A stretch of 51,774 bases of DNA from Eubacteriales bacterium (GTDB lineage Bacteria > Bacillota > Clostridia > Oscillospirales > QAKW01). This document shows, one piece after another, positions 27,482-37,544 of this stretch; positions within the stretch are counted from its first letter, which is position 1; each line of letters begins with the position of its first letter. The notes under the pieces were generated by a model. It saw only the letters and a list, made by a program, of their open reading frames with translations, was not told the origin of the DNA and ran no database searches. The stretch covers positions 1-51,774 of the forward strand of contig JAZQDS010000102.1 of the NCBI GenBank assembly GCA_045546895.1. Direction: 5' to 3'. The position numbers and the translations under genes are program-made.

Positions 27482-28924
27482 TCAAGAGAGCTTTTCGATA
27501 CCCTTTTGGATACGGGCGAGGGTATCCTCCTTGCCCAGCAGGTAGGCCAGCTCAACCCCGCCGCCCGGAGTAAACTGCTTGCCCGAAAGGGCGGTACGCA
27601 GCGGCCAGAGAATGATTCCGTTTTTCACCTCCAGCTTGGCGATCAGCTCAAAGAGCGCGGTATGGATCGCTTCCTGCGTCCATTCGCTCAAGCCTTCCAA
27701 AACCGGCAGGATTGCCTGAAGGGATTCCAGAGAATTCTCGGGATTGGTTTTCATTTTCTTATGGGTATAAAGGGCGATATCATAATCGGGCAGTTCATCC
27801 ATAAAATCGATCATTTCGGGAATTTCATTGAGGATCTGGGTCCGCCCCTGAAGCAGCGCGGCCAGCGCAGCCAGATCGATATCCTCCCGCTTTACACTCT
27901 CGCGGATATAGGGAGTGGCGCGCTCAAGGAATTCCTCGGCGGGCAGCGCCTTAATATATTCACCGTTGAGCCATGCCAATTTTTCATTATCAAAAATGGC
28001 AGGGGATTTGGAAATGCCGGCAATATCAAATTCTTGGATCAGCTCATCCAGAGTGAATTTTTCCTGCTCGCCCTTGGGCGCCCAGCCCAGCAGCGCAATA
28101 TAATTGATAACGGCATCCTTCAGATAGCCCTTTTTAATCAGATCTTCATAGGAAGCATCGCCATTTCGCTTGGAAAGCTTATTATGCGCATCCTTCATAA
28201 CCGGCGCGCAATGCACATATTTTGGAATTTCCCAGCCGAAGGCTTCATAAAGAAGATTATATTTGGGGGCAGAGGAGAGGTATTCCTTGCCGCGAACAAC
28301 ATGGGTGATGTTCATCAGATGGTCATCCACAACGTTGGCGAAATTATAGGTGGGCAGGCCATCCGTCTTCATCAGGATCTGATCATCCAGCTCGCTGTTG
28401 TCAACCGTAATTTCACCGTAGATTTCATCCACAAAGGTGGTGGTGCCACCCTCGGGGATTTTTTGGCGGATAACAAAGGGAATGCCTGCCGCCAGCTTTT
28501 CCTCGATCTCTTCCTTGGAAAGATTGCGGCAATGGCCATCGTATTTATGAGGAACCTTGGAGATGGAATGGATCAGCTTGAGTTCATCCAGCCGCTCTTT
28601 ATCGCAGAAGCAATAATAGGCAGCACCCTTTTCAACCAATTCTTTCGCATATTCCATATAAAGACCGCGGCGCTCGCTTTGAATATAAGGGCCGTAGTCG
28701 CCTCCGACATCGGGACCTTCATCCCAATTCATGCCGGTTTCCTTCATCGTTCTGTAAATCAAATCAACAGCACCTTCAACATAGCGCTCCTGATCGGTAT
28801 CTTCGATCCGCAGGATAAATTTACCGCCGTTTTGGCGGGCGATCAGATAGGTATAGAGCGCAGTGCGCAGGTTGCCGACATGCATATAGCCGGTAGGGCT
28901 GGGGGCAAATCTTGTTCTTACCAT
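27482..28924 (-). CDS. gltX: Glutamyl-tRNA synthetase
   Basis: [28 protein letters not shown]. Confidence 0.97.
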   Translation of the reverse strand: MVRTRFAPSPTGYMHVGNLRTALYTYLIARQNGGKFILRIEDTDQERYVEGAVDLIYRTMKETGMNWDEGPDVGGDYGPYIQSERRGLYMEYAKELVEKGAAYYCFCDKERLDELKLIHSISKVPHKYDGHCRNLSKEEIEEKLAAGIPFVIRQKIPEGGTTTFVDEIYGEITVDNSELDDQILMKTDGLPTYNFANVVDDHLMNITHVVRGKEYLSSAPKYNLLYEAFGWEIPKYVHCAPVMKDAHNKLSKRNGDASYEDLIKKGYLKDAVINYIALLGWAPKGEQEKFTLDELIQEFDIAGISKSPAIFDNEKLAWLNGEYIKALPAEEFLERATPYIRESVKREDIDLAALAALLQGRTQILNEIPEMIDFMDELPDYDIALYTHKKMKTNPENSLESLQAILPVLEGLSEWTQEAIHTALFELIAKLEVKNGIILWPLRTALSGKQFTPGGGVELAYLLGKEDTLARIQKGIEKLS

Positions 28925-29045
28925 AGTAAAACACTCCTTTTTTTCTTGCTTTTATATGATATAATTTATTTTTGTAGTTGTCAAGCAGATTTATTTGTGG
29001 TACAATAACTATGTTTGTAAATCTCTCAAGGAAAGAGGAAGAAAA

Positions 29046-30035
29046 ATGGAAAAAAGAATTTTCAGCGGAATTCAGCCCAGCGGTATCATTACCTTGGGCA
29101 ATTATATCGGCGCGGTGCGCAATTGGAGCAAGGTCAGCGATGAGGGGCTGGGCATTTTCTCGGTAGTGGATCTCCATGCCATTACCGTTCGCCAGGATCC
29201 CAAGGAATTGCACGAGCGTATTCTTTCAACGCTGGCGATGATTATTGCCAGCGGGGTGGATCCCGAAAAGAATCTGATTTTTATTCAAAGCCATGTTCCC
29301 GAGCATTGCGAGCTTTCCTGGATTTTAAATTGCTATACTATGTTTGGCGAGCTTTCCCGTATGACGCAATTTAAGGATAAATCCAAGCGGTATGCCGATA
29401 ATATTAACGCAGGTCTTTTTGATTATCCTGTTTTGATGGCGGCGGATATTTTGCTTTATGATACCTCGCTGGTCCCTGTTGGGGTGGATCAAAAGCAGCA
29501 TCTTGAATTGGCGCGGAATATCGCCAATCGGATGAACGGCATTTTCCCCGAGCTCTTTACCGTACCCGAAGGGTATATTCCCTCGGTCGGCGCGAAGGTA
29601 ATGAGCCTGACCCAGCCGGATAAAAAGATGAGCAAATCCGATCCCAATCCTAAGAGCTATATCAGCATTATTGATGAGCCTGCAAAGATTTTGAAGAAAT
29701 GCAAGAGCGCGGTAACAGACAGCGAAAATCGTATTGCTTTTGAAGAGGGGCGCCATGGAATGAATAACCTGCTTACCATCTATAGCGCAATGACCGGCGA
29801 ATCCATCGAGGCAGCGGTAAGCCGCTTTGAGGGCCAGGGCTACGGTACTTTCAAAACCGCGGTTGCGGAAGCTATTATTGCGGAGCTGACCCCTTTGCAG
29901 GAGCGTTATCATCAGCTGATGGCCGATCCTGCTTACCTGAAAGAGGTTTATACTCGCAGCGCGGAGCAGGCGCGGGAGATGGCGGCCAAAACCTTGGCAA
30001 GAGTGCATGAAAGGATCGGGTTTGTTGCCCGATAA
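29046..30035 (+). CDS. trpS: Tryptophanyl-tRNA synthetase
   Basis: FSGIQPSG..TLGNY, YPVLMAADIL, VGVDQKQH, KMSKS. Confidence 0.97.
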   Translation: MEKRIFSGIQPSGIITLGNYIGAVRNWSKVSDEGLGIFSVVDLHAITVRQDPKELHERILSTLAMIIASGVDPEKNLIFIQSHVPEHCELSWILNCYTMFGELSRMTQFKDKSKRYADNINAGLFDYPVLMAADILLYDTSLVPVGVDQKQHLELARNIANRMNGIFPELFTVPEGYIPSVGAKVMSLTQPDKKMSKSDPNPKSYISIIDEPAKILKKCKSAVTDSENRIAFEEGRHGMNNLLTIYSAMTGESIEAAVSRFEGQGYGTFKTAVAEAIIAELTPLQERYHQLMADPAYLKEVYTRSAEQAREMAAKTLARVHERIGFVAR

Positions 30036-30041
30036 GGAGCT

Positions 30042-31136
30042 ATGACAAAATTCGATTATATTACCATTGGGCTTGCCTGGCTTGTGGCGGTGTTGATCAG
30101 CTTTCTTTCAACTCCATTGGCCCAAAAGCTTGCTTATAAAATAGGAGCCATTGATGTTCCGAAGGATAATCGGCGGATGCATAAAAAGCCGATTCCCCGA
30201 TTGGGTGGCTTTGCCATTTTTATCGGGTTCTTTGTAAGTACAATGGTCTTCACCTTTAATTTTATCGATCTGCCCATCTACGGTATTTTGATCGGCGCCA
30301 CCATCATTGTTGCGCTGGGAATGGCGGATGATGTTTTGGCGCTGCGGGCATCCCGAAAATTTGTTGTTCAGCTGATGGCGGTGGCGGCGCCGGTGGCTTG
30401 CGGTGTTCGGATCGAGCGGTTCCCCAATTTTTTTGGCGGGGATGCGCCTTATATTGAATTACCGCTGATCTGGTCGATCGTTGTAAGCATCATCTGGCTG
30501 CTTGCAATTTTAAATGCCGTAAATATTATTGACGGTCTGGATGGGCTTGCTTGCGGGGTTTCGACCATCATGACCATCAGCGTTGTTGTGATTCTGATTT
30601 TGCTGGAGGCACCTCAGGCGGCAATTATTGCCGCTGCGCTGGCAGGCGCTTGCATGGGCTTTTTGCCCTATAATTTCAATCCCGCAAAGATGTTTATGGG
30701 GGATACCGGCTCAATGTTTATCGGCTATACCCTCGCCTGCCTTTCCATTATCGGCCTTTTCAAGGCCTATGCCATTGTTGCCTTCTTTGTACCTGTTTTA
30801 ATTTATTTATTGCCGATTTTTGACTTGCTTTTTGCAGCTTGCCGGCGCATTTTGACCGGTCATTCCCCGATGGAAGGGGATAAATCCCATCTGCATCATA
30901 AGCTGATCGCCATCGGCTTTTCCCAAAAGCAGGCAGTAGTTACCCTTTACGGTGTTGCCGCAATTTTGGGCGGCTGCGCAGTATTGCTGACCTCTGATAG
31001 CTTTATTAAGGCCTTGATTATTATCGGGGTGGCATTTGTGTTTATTATGCTGGGCGCTTTGATCATGTATCGCCGCGAAAAGAAAGCGGAGCGGCAGGAG
31101 AAAGAGCAGGAGGTTCAAGATGAGCAAGAAAATTAA
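30042..31136 (+). CDS. MraY-family undecaprenyl-phosphate GlcNAc-1-P transferase (TagO/WecA-like)
   Basis: [36 protein letters not shown]. Confidence 0.92.
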   Translation: MTKFDYITIGLAWLVAVLISFLSTPLAQKLAYKIGAIDVPKDNRRMHKKPIPRLGGFAIFIGFFVSTMVFTFNFIDLPIYGILIGATIIVALGMADDVLALRASRKFVVQLMAVAAPVACGVRIERFPNFFGGDAPYIELPLIWSIVVSIIWLLAILNAVNIIDGLDGLACGVSTIMTISVVVILILLEAPQAAIIAAALAGACMGFLPYNFNPAKMFMGDTGSMFIGYTLACLSIIGLFKAYAIVAFFVPVLIYLLPIFDLLFAACRRILTGHSPMEGDKSHLHHKLIAIGFSQKQAVVTLYGVAAILGGCAVLLTSDSFIKALIIIGVAFVFIMLGALIMYRREKKAERQEKEQEVQDEQEN

Positions 31137-32268
31137 AGTAATGTCCTTTTTCGGTACCCGCCCCGAAGCGATCAAAATGGTTCCTGTTGTGAAGGAGCTG
31201 GCGGCGCGGGATGCCTTGGAAAGTATTGTTTGCCTTTCCGGCCAGCATCGGGAAATGCTGCGGCAGGTGCTGGATGCCTTTTCCGTTACGGCGGATTTTG
31301 ATCTTGATATTATGAAGCCCCGCCAAACGGTAACAACCATTACCGCAGGCGTTTTGGAGGGAATGGAAGCCCTTTTGCAGGAGCAAAAGCCGGATCTGAT
31401 TCTGGTCCATGGGGACACAACTACCGCCTTCGCGGGCGCTTTGGCGGGCTTTTACGGCGGTATCGCTGTTGGCCATGTAGAGGCAGGCCTGCGCACCTAT
31501 GATAAGCATTCTCCCTTCCCTGAGGAGATGAATCGTTGCTTGATCGGCCGCTTGGCAGATCTGCATTTTTCACCTACCCGCTCTAACCGCGAAAACCTGA
31601 AAAAGGAAGCGACTATGGGCGAAATTTATGTTACGGGTAATACAGTAATTGATGCTTTGAAAATGACGGTACGTCCCGATTATTGCTATCGGGAGGCGGC
31701 GCTGAATCAGCCTGCGCTCTTTGAGGGGCGGCTGGTATTGGTTACCGCTCATCGCCGCGAAAATCTCGGCGAGCCGCTGCGCAATATTTGCCGCGCCATC
31801 CGCAGGATGGTGGAGGAAAACGAGGATGTTCGGGTGGTTTATCCCGTTCATCTGAATCCTGCGGTGCGGGAGGTTGTTTTCGATATTTTGGGCGGTCACG
31901 ATCGGATTTTCCTGATTGATCCGCTGGATGTTTTTGATATGCACAATTTGATGGATCGCTGCTATATGGTAATGACCGATAGCGGCGGCCTGCAGGAAGA
32001 GGCGCCTGCGCTGGGTAAGCCTGTTTTGGTGCTGCGCACAGAAACCGAGCGGCCTGAGGCGGTAGAATACGGCACCGTTAAGATGGCAGGCGTTGAGGAG
32101 GAAACCATCCTGCGCCTTGCCAATGAGCTTTTGCAGGATGCAGAGGCTTACAAAAAGATGGCCTGCGCGGTGAATCCCTATGGCGATGGAAAGGCCTCCG
32201 GACGAATCGCCGATGCTATTTTGCATCATTTCGGGCTGGGGGATGCTCCTAAAGAATTTGAAGCATAA
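31120..32268 (+). CDS. wecB: UDP-N-acetylglucosamine 2-epimerase (non-hydrolysing)
   Basis: [50 protein letters not shown]. Confidence 0.96.
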   Translation: MSKKIKVMSFFGTRPEAIKMVPVVKELAARDALESIVCLSGQHREMLRQVLDAFSVTADFDLDIMKPRQTVTTITAGVLEGMEALLQEQKPDLILVHGDTTTAFAGALAGFYGGIAVGHVEAGLRTYDKHSPFPEEMNRCLIGRLADLHFSPTRSNRENLKKEATMGEIYVTGNTVIDALKMTVRPDYCYREAALNQPALFEGRLVLVTAHRRENLGEPLRNICRAIRRMVEENEDVRVVYPVHLNPAVREVVFDILGGHDRIFLIDPLDVFDMHNLMDRCYMVMTDSGGLQEEAPALGKPVLVLRTETERPEAVEYGTVKMAGVEEETILRLANELLQDAEAYKKMACAVNPYGDGKASGRIADAILHHFGLGDAPKEFEA

Positions 32269-32269
32269 A

Positions 32270-32309
32270 TAAAAGCGATGCCGAGAAGCTTCTCGGCATC
32301 GCTTTTTTT
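32270..32309. terminator. Bidirectional terminator
   Basis: AAAAGCGATGCCGAGAAGCTTCTCGGCATCGCTTTT, a perfect palindrome followed by a T run. Confidence 0.88.
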
Positions 32310-32315
32310 GATGCA

Positions 32316-34040
32316 TTATTTGGTTTCAACAGAGGCCTTTAAGCCTTTGATATTGCAGCCTTCGGAGCAGCGCAGCAGCTGCAATTTTTTGCATTTTATC
32401 AGGCAGGTGGCGTCGGTAACCTCGGTATTGGAAATATCCAAGACCGTAAGATTCTTTGCGCCTGCCAGGAAAGAAATATCACTGATTTGCGTTTCAGCCG
32501 CTTCCAGATATGTAAGAGCGGCGGGGGATTTCAGATTGGAAAGATCCGCCAGCGGATTGCGGGAAACATAAAGCTCGGATACTTTTAAATTGAAGGTTGA
32601 AAGGGAGGACAATTGATTATCGCAGGCGCGAACAACGCTCAGCTTTTTATAATCGTTCAGCATGCTCAGGGAGGAAAGGCCGCAATCGGAAATATCCAGC
32701 GTAACCAAGGCGGGGAGCTTGCTGAGCTTCTTTAAATTGGAGGGGGAATTCCCCGCAAGGGAAAGCTCGATCAGCTTGGATAGCTTGGCAAGCGGCTCCA
32801 GATCGGAAATGCTGTTGCCCGAAAGATTCAGGCCGGTTAATTGCTTGAGGTCCGAAAGCCCCTCAACCTCCTCCAGACGGTTTTGAGCAAGGTTCAGCGT
32901 TTCCAGCAGGGGAAAGGCGGGGATAGAATGGGATTCGGTAATATCATTTTCCGCAACGCTCAGGAAATTCAGATATTGCAACGGTTCCAGCGCCGAGAGA
33001 TCCGAAAGGAGATTGCGATCCAGCATCAATTGGGAAAGGGCGGTGCAGGAGGTTATAATCTCCAAATCGCCATCGGAAAGGGCACAGCCTGAAAGGGAAA
33101 GATAGGTAAGCTCTGTAAGGCCTGCAAGCGGCGCAAAATCCTCGATCTGCATTTCATTATCCAGCCGCAGGGCAGTCAGCTCGGGCATATATTCAAGATC
33201 CTTCAGGCTGCGGATGCTGCCTGAAATATTTTCATTGCCGAGATCGGTAATGGCGGCGAGCTGAGCGGCATAAATACTACCGCTCGGCTTATTTAAGGAG
33301 GCTCTTACCATCTTTTCGATCTTTTTATCATTGAAGGTAATGGCTTCGTTTTTATTATCAATTTCAAATTCTGCCGTAAGCCGCGGGGAGGCAAGGCCGT
33401 TGCTGCCGATGGAAATGGCAATCAGGGTTGCATTGGAATTGATGGTAAAGGGCTCTCTGTAAATTGCCGAAGCGAGGGTGGGGTCCTTTCCGTTGAGGGT
33501 ATAATAAATCGTTTCGCCCTCTCGCTGCTCAAAGGAAACTTTTTGGGCAGTGCTATAGCGCCCATGGGCGGGAGAATAGCTTAAATCACGGGGGCGCTCG
33601 GATTGCAGCTTTTTATTGATATAAGAATTTTCGACCGAATCAAGGAAATCCGCAGCCTCTCCGATTCTGCCGTCCTCCGCCAGAATTTGGGCCTGCGCCA
33701 TATAAAGCGCCTCCGCGCCGCTGAAGCGATCAATACCGCGCTCCAAAATTTCGGCGGCTGCTTCATGCTCTCCGGCGGCGGCCAGCGCCTTACCGTAGCC
33801 CAGATAGATTTCCTCACGATTTTTCTTCAATCGCAGCGCCAACGCATAGCGATTGACCGCCTTTTCATAATCGGCATCCGCCATTGCGCGCGCCCCTTGA
33901 TCGGCAAAGAGCCCCGCAAAGGCGCCTCGCAGGAAGAGGAGGAAAAAAAGCAGGCAAAAGAGCAATGTTGCCGCGGCGGAAAGGGCGTAAAGTACCCATT
34001 TATTTTGCATCCGTTTCGGAAGATATTCGATCAAATTCAT
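32316..34040 (-). CDS. Membrane-anchored TPR + Fn3-associated/CHB-HEX-C + internalin-like leucine-rich repeat protein
   Basis: N-terminal TM; TPR-like helices; IYYTLNGKDPT; repeated LxxLxLxxNxIxDLxPL. Confidence 0.8.
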   Translation of the reverse strand: MNLIEYLPKRMQNKWVLYALSAAATLLFCLLFFLLFLRGAFAGLFADQGARAMADADYEKAVNRYALALRLKKNREEIYLGYGKALAAAGEHEAAAEILERGIDRFSGAEALYMAQAQILAEDGRIGEAADFLDSVENSYINKKLQSERPRDLSYSPAHGRYSTAQKVSFEQREGETIYYTLNGKDPTLASAIYREPFTINSNATLIAISIGSNGLASPRLTAEFEIDNKNEAITFNDKKIEKMVRASLNKPSGSIYAAQLAAITDLGNENISGSIRSLKDLEYMPELTALRLDNEMQIEDFAPLAGLTELTYLSLSGCALSDGDLEIITSCTALSQLMLDRNLLSDLSALEPLQYLNFLSVAENDITESHSIPAFPLLETLNLAQNRLEEVEGLSDLKQLTGLNLSGNSISDLEPLAKLSKLIELSLAGNSPSNLKKLSKLPALVTLDISDCGLSSLSMLNDYKKLSVVRACDNQLSSLSTFNLKVSELYVSRNPLADLSNLKSPAALTYLEAAETQISDISFLAGAKNLTVLDISNTEVTDATCLIKCKKLQLLRCSEGCNIKGLKASVETK

Positions 34041-34162
34041 TTCATCAGATCCTTTCTGTTTTTATCATAGCACAGCCTCAAAAATATTGCAAGATTGTAT
34101 ATTTTTGCCCCGAGCCGAATAAAATGGAAAAAACAGTCAATAACTGTAGTGAGGTGATTGAT

Positions 34163-34357
34163 ATGAAAAAAAGAAAACCCGATCGCAGGGAAGAAATGCT
34201 GGAGCTGCGCGCTCGGATGGAAAATATTGAAAATAAGCTGGCAATGACCAATGAACCCCTTTTACTGGATGCTCTTTCTTATGAGCTTTTGGGCGTTCGG
34301 GCGAGGATGAACTTTTTGATTGCCTGCGCCAAGACAGAACAGCCGGAACGGGTGTAA
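34163..34357 (+). CDS. Small protein, probable DUF2508/YaaL family
   Basis: GAGGTG RBS; TNEPLLLDALSYELLGVRARMNFLIACAK resembles the YaaL pattern. Confidence 0.6.
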   Translation: MKKRKPDRREEMLELRARMENIENKLAMTNEPLLLDALSYELLGVRARMNFLIACAKTEQPERV

Positions 34358-34498
34358 AAGATGCACAAAAATATTAAATAATGATTGTCTAATATAAACA
34401 ATTCTAATTTTTCTCTTGAAGTGGTCAAAAGAGTATGTTATACTATAAACGATATATTATATATTATCGAACTTGAGCGATTTCAGGAGGTAGTCAGT

Positions 34499-36547
34499 AT
34501 GAAATTCAAAAAGATTCTGGCGGCAGTGATGATTGTTGCAATGCTTGCGATTATGGCAGGTTGTAACTATGTATCCCGCCCCTACGGCGCCGGTAATAAC
34601 AGCTCCGATATCAGCAGCACCTTGAGCGAGCTGCTGAAGGTAACGGAGTATGAATATGCCGAGCCGAATACAGAGCCGGATTATATCTATACAGGGAAAG
34701 AAGAGGAACCCCCCAAGGATGAAACTCCCGAAGAGGAGCCCCCCAAGGATGAAACTCCCGAAGAGAATCCTCCTGAAGAAGATGAGCCCGAGCCCGATCC
34801 GGTTTATACTCCCTTTACATCCGAATACGATATCGAGAAGCTTTTGGATAAAATCGATTCTCTGATCAAAACCGTTCAGCAGAATAACGGCGTTGCCAAC
34901 AGCGCTACCGGCGTCAGCGATGAGCTGCTCGCAGGCAGAACGGTAAAGATTATGGTCCCCGATGATTTCCCGATCGCGGAGGAAAATGAAGCGGTTAAGG
35001 CTATGACCGAGCAATACGGCTGCGCGGTTAATGTTCGCAGAGCAGGGACCGGCTCCGCTTATGTTGCGGCTTGCCGCAAGGCGGTTCTTTCCGGCGATCA
35101 TGTTGATATGATGTATGTCGATAATTCTATCTGGGGCGATGTTCATCCCTTCGTTCAGCCGATTGAATCTTTTGTGAATTTTGATCTTGCCGATGAGCTT
35201 GGCACCTTCTCCTCCAACTTCTCCGAAAAGTTCTATACCATCAACGCTTTCGAAGAAACGGTTGACCATTACTATGTTGCGTCCGGTATGGGCGCTCCCT
35301 ACCTGCTCGCTTATAATAAAGATACCATCAAAAATGCAATTCTTGCCCCCGAGGCTGCCGAGGTAACCATTGGCGGCGTTACCGAGCAAAAGGAACTTCG
35401 TGAAATCGAGGTTGTTGATCCTGTTGCAATGTATAATAATCGCACATGGGGCGCTCAGGCCTTTACCGAAATGCTGAAGGCTACCACCGAAGGCTCTCAT
35501 GTTGGCCTGGCTTCCGAAATAGATGCGCTGGAAGGCTTGGATATCTGGTATGGTATGCTGGATGCGGAAGGTATCCGCATGAACTCCAATAACGGCAGAA
35601 GCGTTGATACCTTATCCAGCCGGAATCATCTTGATGTTAATCTTCTTCAGAGCTGGTATTGGGATCTGACCGGTGCCGATAAGAAAAATAATATCGGTAT
35701 CTTTGAGGATGCTGAATATTGGGAAAATGATGTAGCCTTTGAAAAGCTCTTTGGCCAATATAAGGGCGGGGATGCGGTTCGCTCCTATTCCTTCTTGGCT
35801 TGCGAGCCCGAGGATCTCCCCGCGCTCAAGGCTTTCGCGGAAGGCTTGAATACCGAATGGGATTTCGTTGCATATCCTTATGGCGCAACGATGGAAGCGG
35901 ATTATCGCGTCAATACCGAGGAAGAATTCGAAGCGAAGCTGAATGCGGATGCGGAAGGCGCTGAAAATCCCGAATACGATCAGCAGATCGTTACTCCCGT
36001 TGCAGGTTGGGCCGGCGGCTTTGCCGTTATGAAGACCTGCCAGAATCCGTCTGTTGCCCTGCGTGTCGGCGAGGAGCTGACCAAGATTTGGCTGGCAGAA
36101 GAGGAAGGCTCTTATCTCGGCGCCATGACTGCCGCTCAAAAAGCGCGCTATGCCGATATGAAGGAGCATATGAGCGTATCCTTTGTTCGCGCTCTGGTTG
36201 AGAAAGCTGCGGATGTTAATGCAACCTATCCCGGTTACAGTGAATTGATTTATGGTCTGCCCGGTTCCACCAGCAACGTTGTTGTTGACAACCCGAATAC
36301 GCTGACCACCGATCGTTCCAAGTATCTGGCGCTTTCTTATTTCGATGATAATGCGCAGCTGGCTGTTCATCCGATGTATCATAAGGATCAGGCAAACAGC
36401 ATCTATAACCCCAAGGTTCAAACCGATTGGGAGGACTGGATGCTCGGCGCAATCCATCCGGATTCCGAAAGCAAGAAGGAAACCAGCAGCGTTCAGGTTA
36501 TCCTGAATGCGGCAACCTTGCCCGCTACCATCTTGTTTGATTGGTAA
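34499..36547 (+). CDS. Large acidic lipoprotein, solute-binding-protein-like
   Basis: AGGAGG RBS; lipoprotein signal MKFKKILAA...IMAGC; Pro/Glu linker; DPVAMYNNRTW and WDFVAYPYG resemble clostridial SBP family-1 motifs. Confidence 0.7.
   Translation: MKFKKILAAVMIVAMLAIMAGCNYVSRPYGAGNNSSDISSTLSELLKVTEYEYAEPNTEPDYIYTGKEEEPPKDETPEEEPPKDETPEENPPEEDEPEPDPVYTPFTSEYDIEKLLDKIDSLIKTVQQNNGVANSATGVSDELLAGRTVKIMVPDDFPIAEENEAVKAMTEQYGCAVNVRRAGTGSAYVAACRKAVLSGDHVDMMYVDNSIWGDVHPFVQPIESFVNFDLADELGTFSSNFSEKFYTINAFEETVDHYYVASGMGAPYLLAYNKDTIKNAILAPEAAEVTIGGVTEQKELREIEVVDPVAMYNNRTWGAQAFTEMLKATTEGSHVGLASEIDALEGLDIWYGMLDAEGIRMNSNNGRSVDTLSSRNHLDVNLLQSWYWDLTGADKKNNIGIFEDAEYWENDVAFEKLFGQYKGGDAVRSYSFLACEPEDLPALKAFAEGLNTEWDFVAYPYGATMEADYRVNTEEEFEAKLNADAEGAENPEYDQQIVTPVAGWAGGFAVMKTCQNPSVALRVGEELTKIWLAEEEGSYLGAMTAAQKARYADMKEHMSVSFVRALVEKAADVNATYPGYSELIYGLPGSTSNVVVDNPNTLTTDRSKYLALSYFDDNAQLAVHPMYHKDQANSIYNPKVQTDWEDWMLGAIHPDSESKKETSSVQVILNAATLPATILFDW
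34700..34789 (+). repeat. 30-bp tandem repeat x3 encoding an EEEPPKDETP linker
   Basis: GAAGAGGA(A/G)CCCCCCAAGGATGAAACTCCC twice, plus one degenerate copy. Confidence 0.9.
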
Positions 36548-36559
36548 TTGAATAAATTA

Positions 36560-36594
36560 AGGGGGATGTGAACGAAATGTCACATCCCCTTTTT
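36560..36594 (+). terminator. Intrinsic terminator
   Basis: AGGGGGATGTGA-ACGAAATG-TCACATCCCCTTTTT. Confidence 0.8.
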
Positions 36595-36619
36595 AATATA
36601 TTAAAGGAAGGAGAAAACA

Positions 36620-37459
36620 ATGATGCCCTCTCGAAAATCAAATTTTGAGCCGGAGCGGCGCGGGATTCTTTATGCGGCTATGGCTTTTTTGGGCTTTTGC
36701 ATCATTATGGCGCTTTTGCTGGGCGGAATTGCGCTTTATCGGATGCAGCATGATTTTTATGCGGCGTTTCAGGGTGCATTGCGGCGGCAAATCTATTTTT
36801 CCGCTGTTTTGATGGTTGTGCTTTTCTCCCTTCTTTATACCCCTGTTTCTTATGGGATTTCTTGCTATTTTATTGATGCCCATCGTGGAGAGGCTGATAT
36901 TTCTTCACTGTTTTATCTCTTTTTTAAGCCGGTGGTACTGATCAAGGCGGTAGGGCTTGCTTTGCTGCGCAAGCTGCTGATTTATTTGCATCGGCTGCTG
37001 ATTTTATTGATGGCGGCGCTGGCGGAGGTTTCCCTCTTTTTCAGCTTTTTGGTAATGAGCGGAGAGGACATTTTTTCTCATACCGCAAATCCATTTGCGG
37101 AAGCGGCGAGCTTTATGCTGCAAAGCCCTTGGCTGATCGGACTTTCCATATTGCTTTGGGCGGTGGTTTTGTTTTTGTTTTTGCTGGGGTATTTGCGCCT
37201 GATTTTATGCAAATATGTTTTAATCCTTTATCCTGAAGCGAGCGTATGGCAGGCTTTGAAGGTCGGCTCCGCCTCCATTCGCGGTCATCTTTTTCAAACC
37301 CTGCTTTTTTATCTTCATTACGGCGCCTATTTTATGCTCACCGTCCTGAGTTTTGGGTTGCTTTTTCGCCGCCGTAGGATGACCGGCTTTTCTGTTTATG
37401 CAGCGCGCTTGGTTCAGCAGGGATGGCGGGAATATTGCAGTAAGCGCAGCTTGCGATAA
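36620..37459 (+). CDS. Integral membrane protein of unknown function (DUF975-like layout)
   Basis: AAAGGAAGGAG RBS; multiple hydrophobic segments; YVLILYPEASVWQALKVG..IRGH pattern. Confidence 0.6.
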   Translation: MMPSRKSNFEPERRGILYAAMAFLGFCIIMALLLGGIALYRMQHDFYAAFQGALRRQIYFSAVLMVVLFSLLYTPVSYGISCYFIDAHRGEADISSLFYLFFKPVVLIKAVGLALLRKLLIYLHRLLILLMAALAEVSLFFSFLVMSGEDIFSHTANPFAEAASFMLQSPWLIGLSILLWAVVLFLFLLGYLRLILCKYVLILYPEASVWQALKVGSASIRGHLFQTLLFYLHYGAYFMLTVLSFGLLFRRRRMTGFSVYAARLVQQGWREYCSKRSLR

Positions 37460-37544
37460 ACTGTTCTTGAAATTTATCGATTCTTTTGTTATAATAAATA
37501 TGTATATAATTTTGTGTTTAAGGAGCTGAGCTCGTTTGAATAAG

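Noticed and set aside
28925..29045. T-box leader for trpS or gltX
   Set aside because: The divergent gap is only about 120 bp and has no T-box antiterminator consensus.
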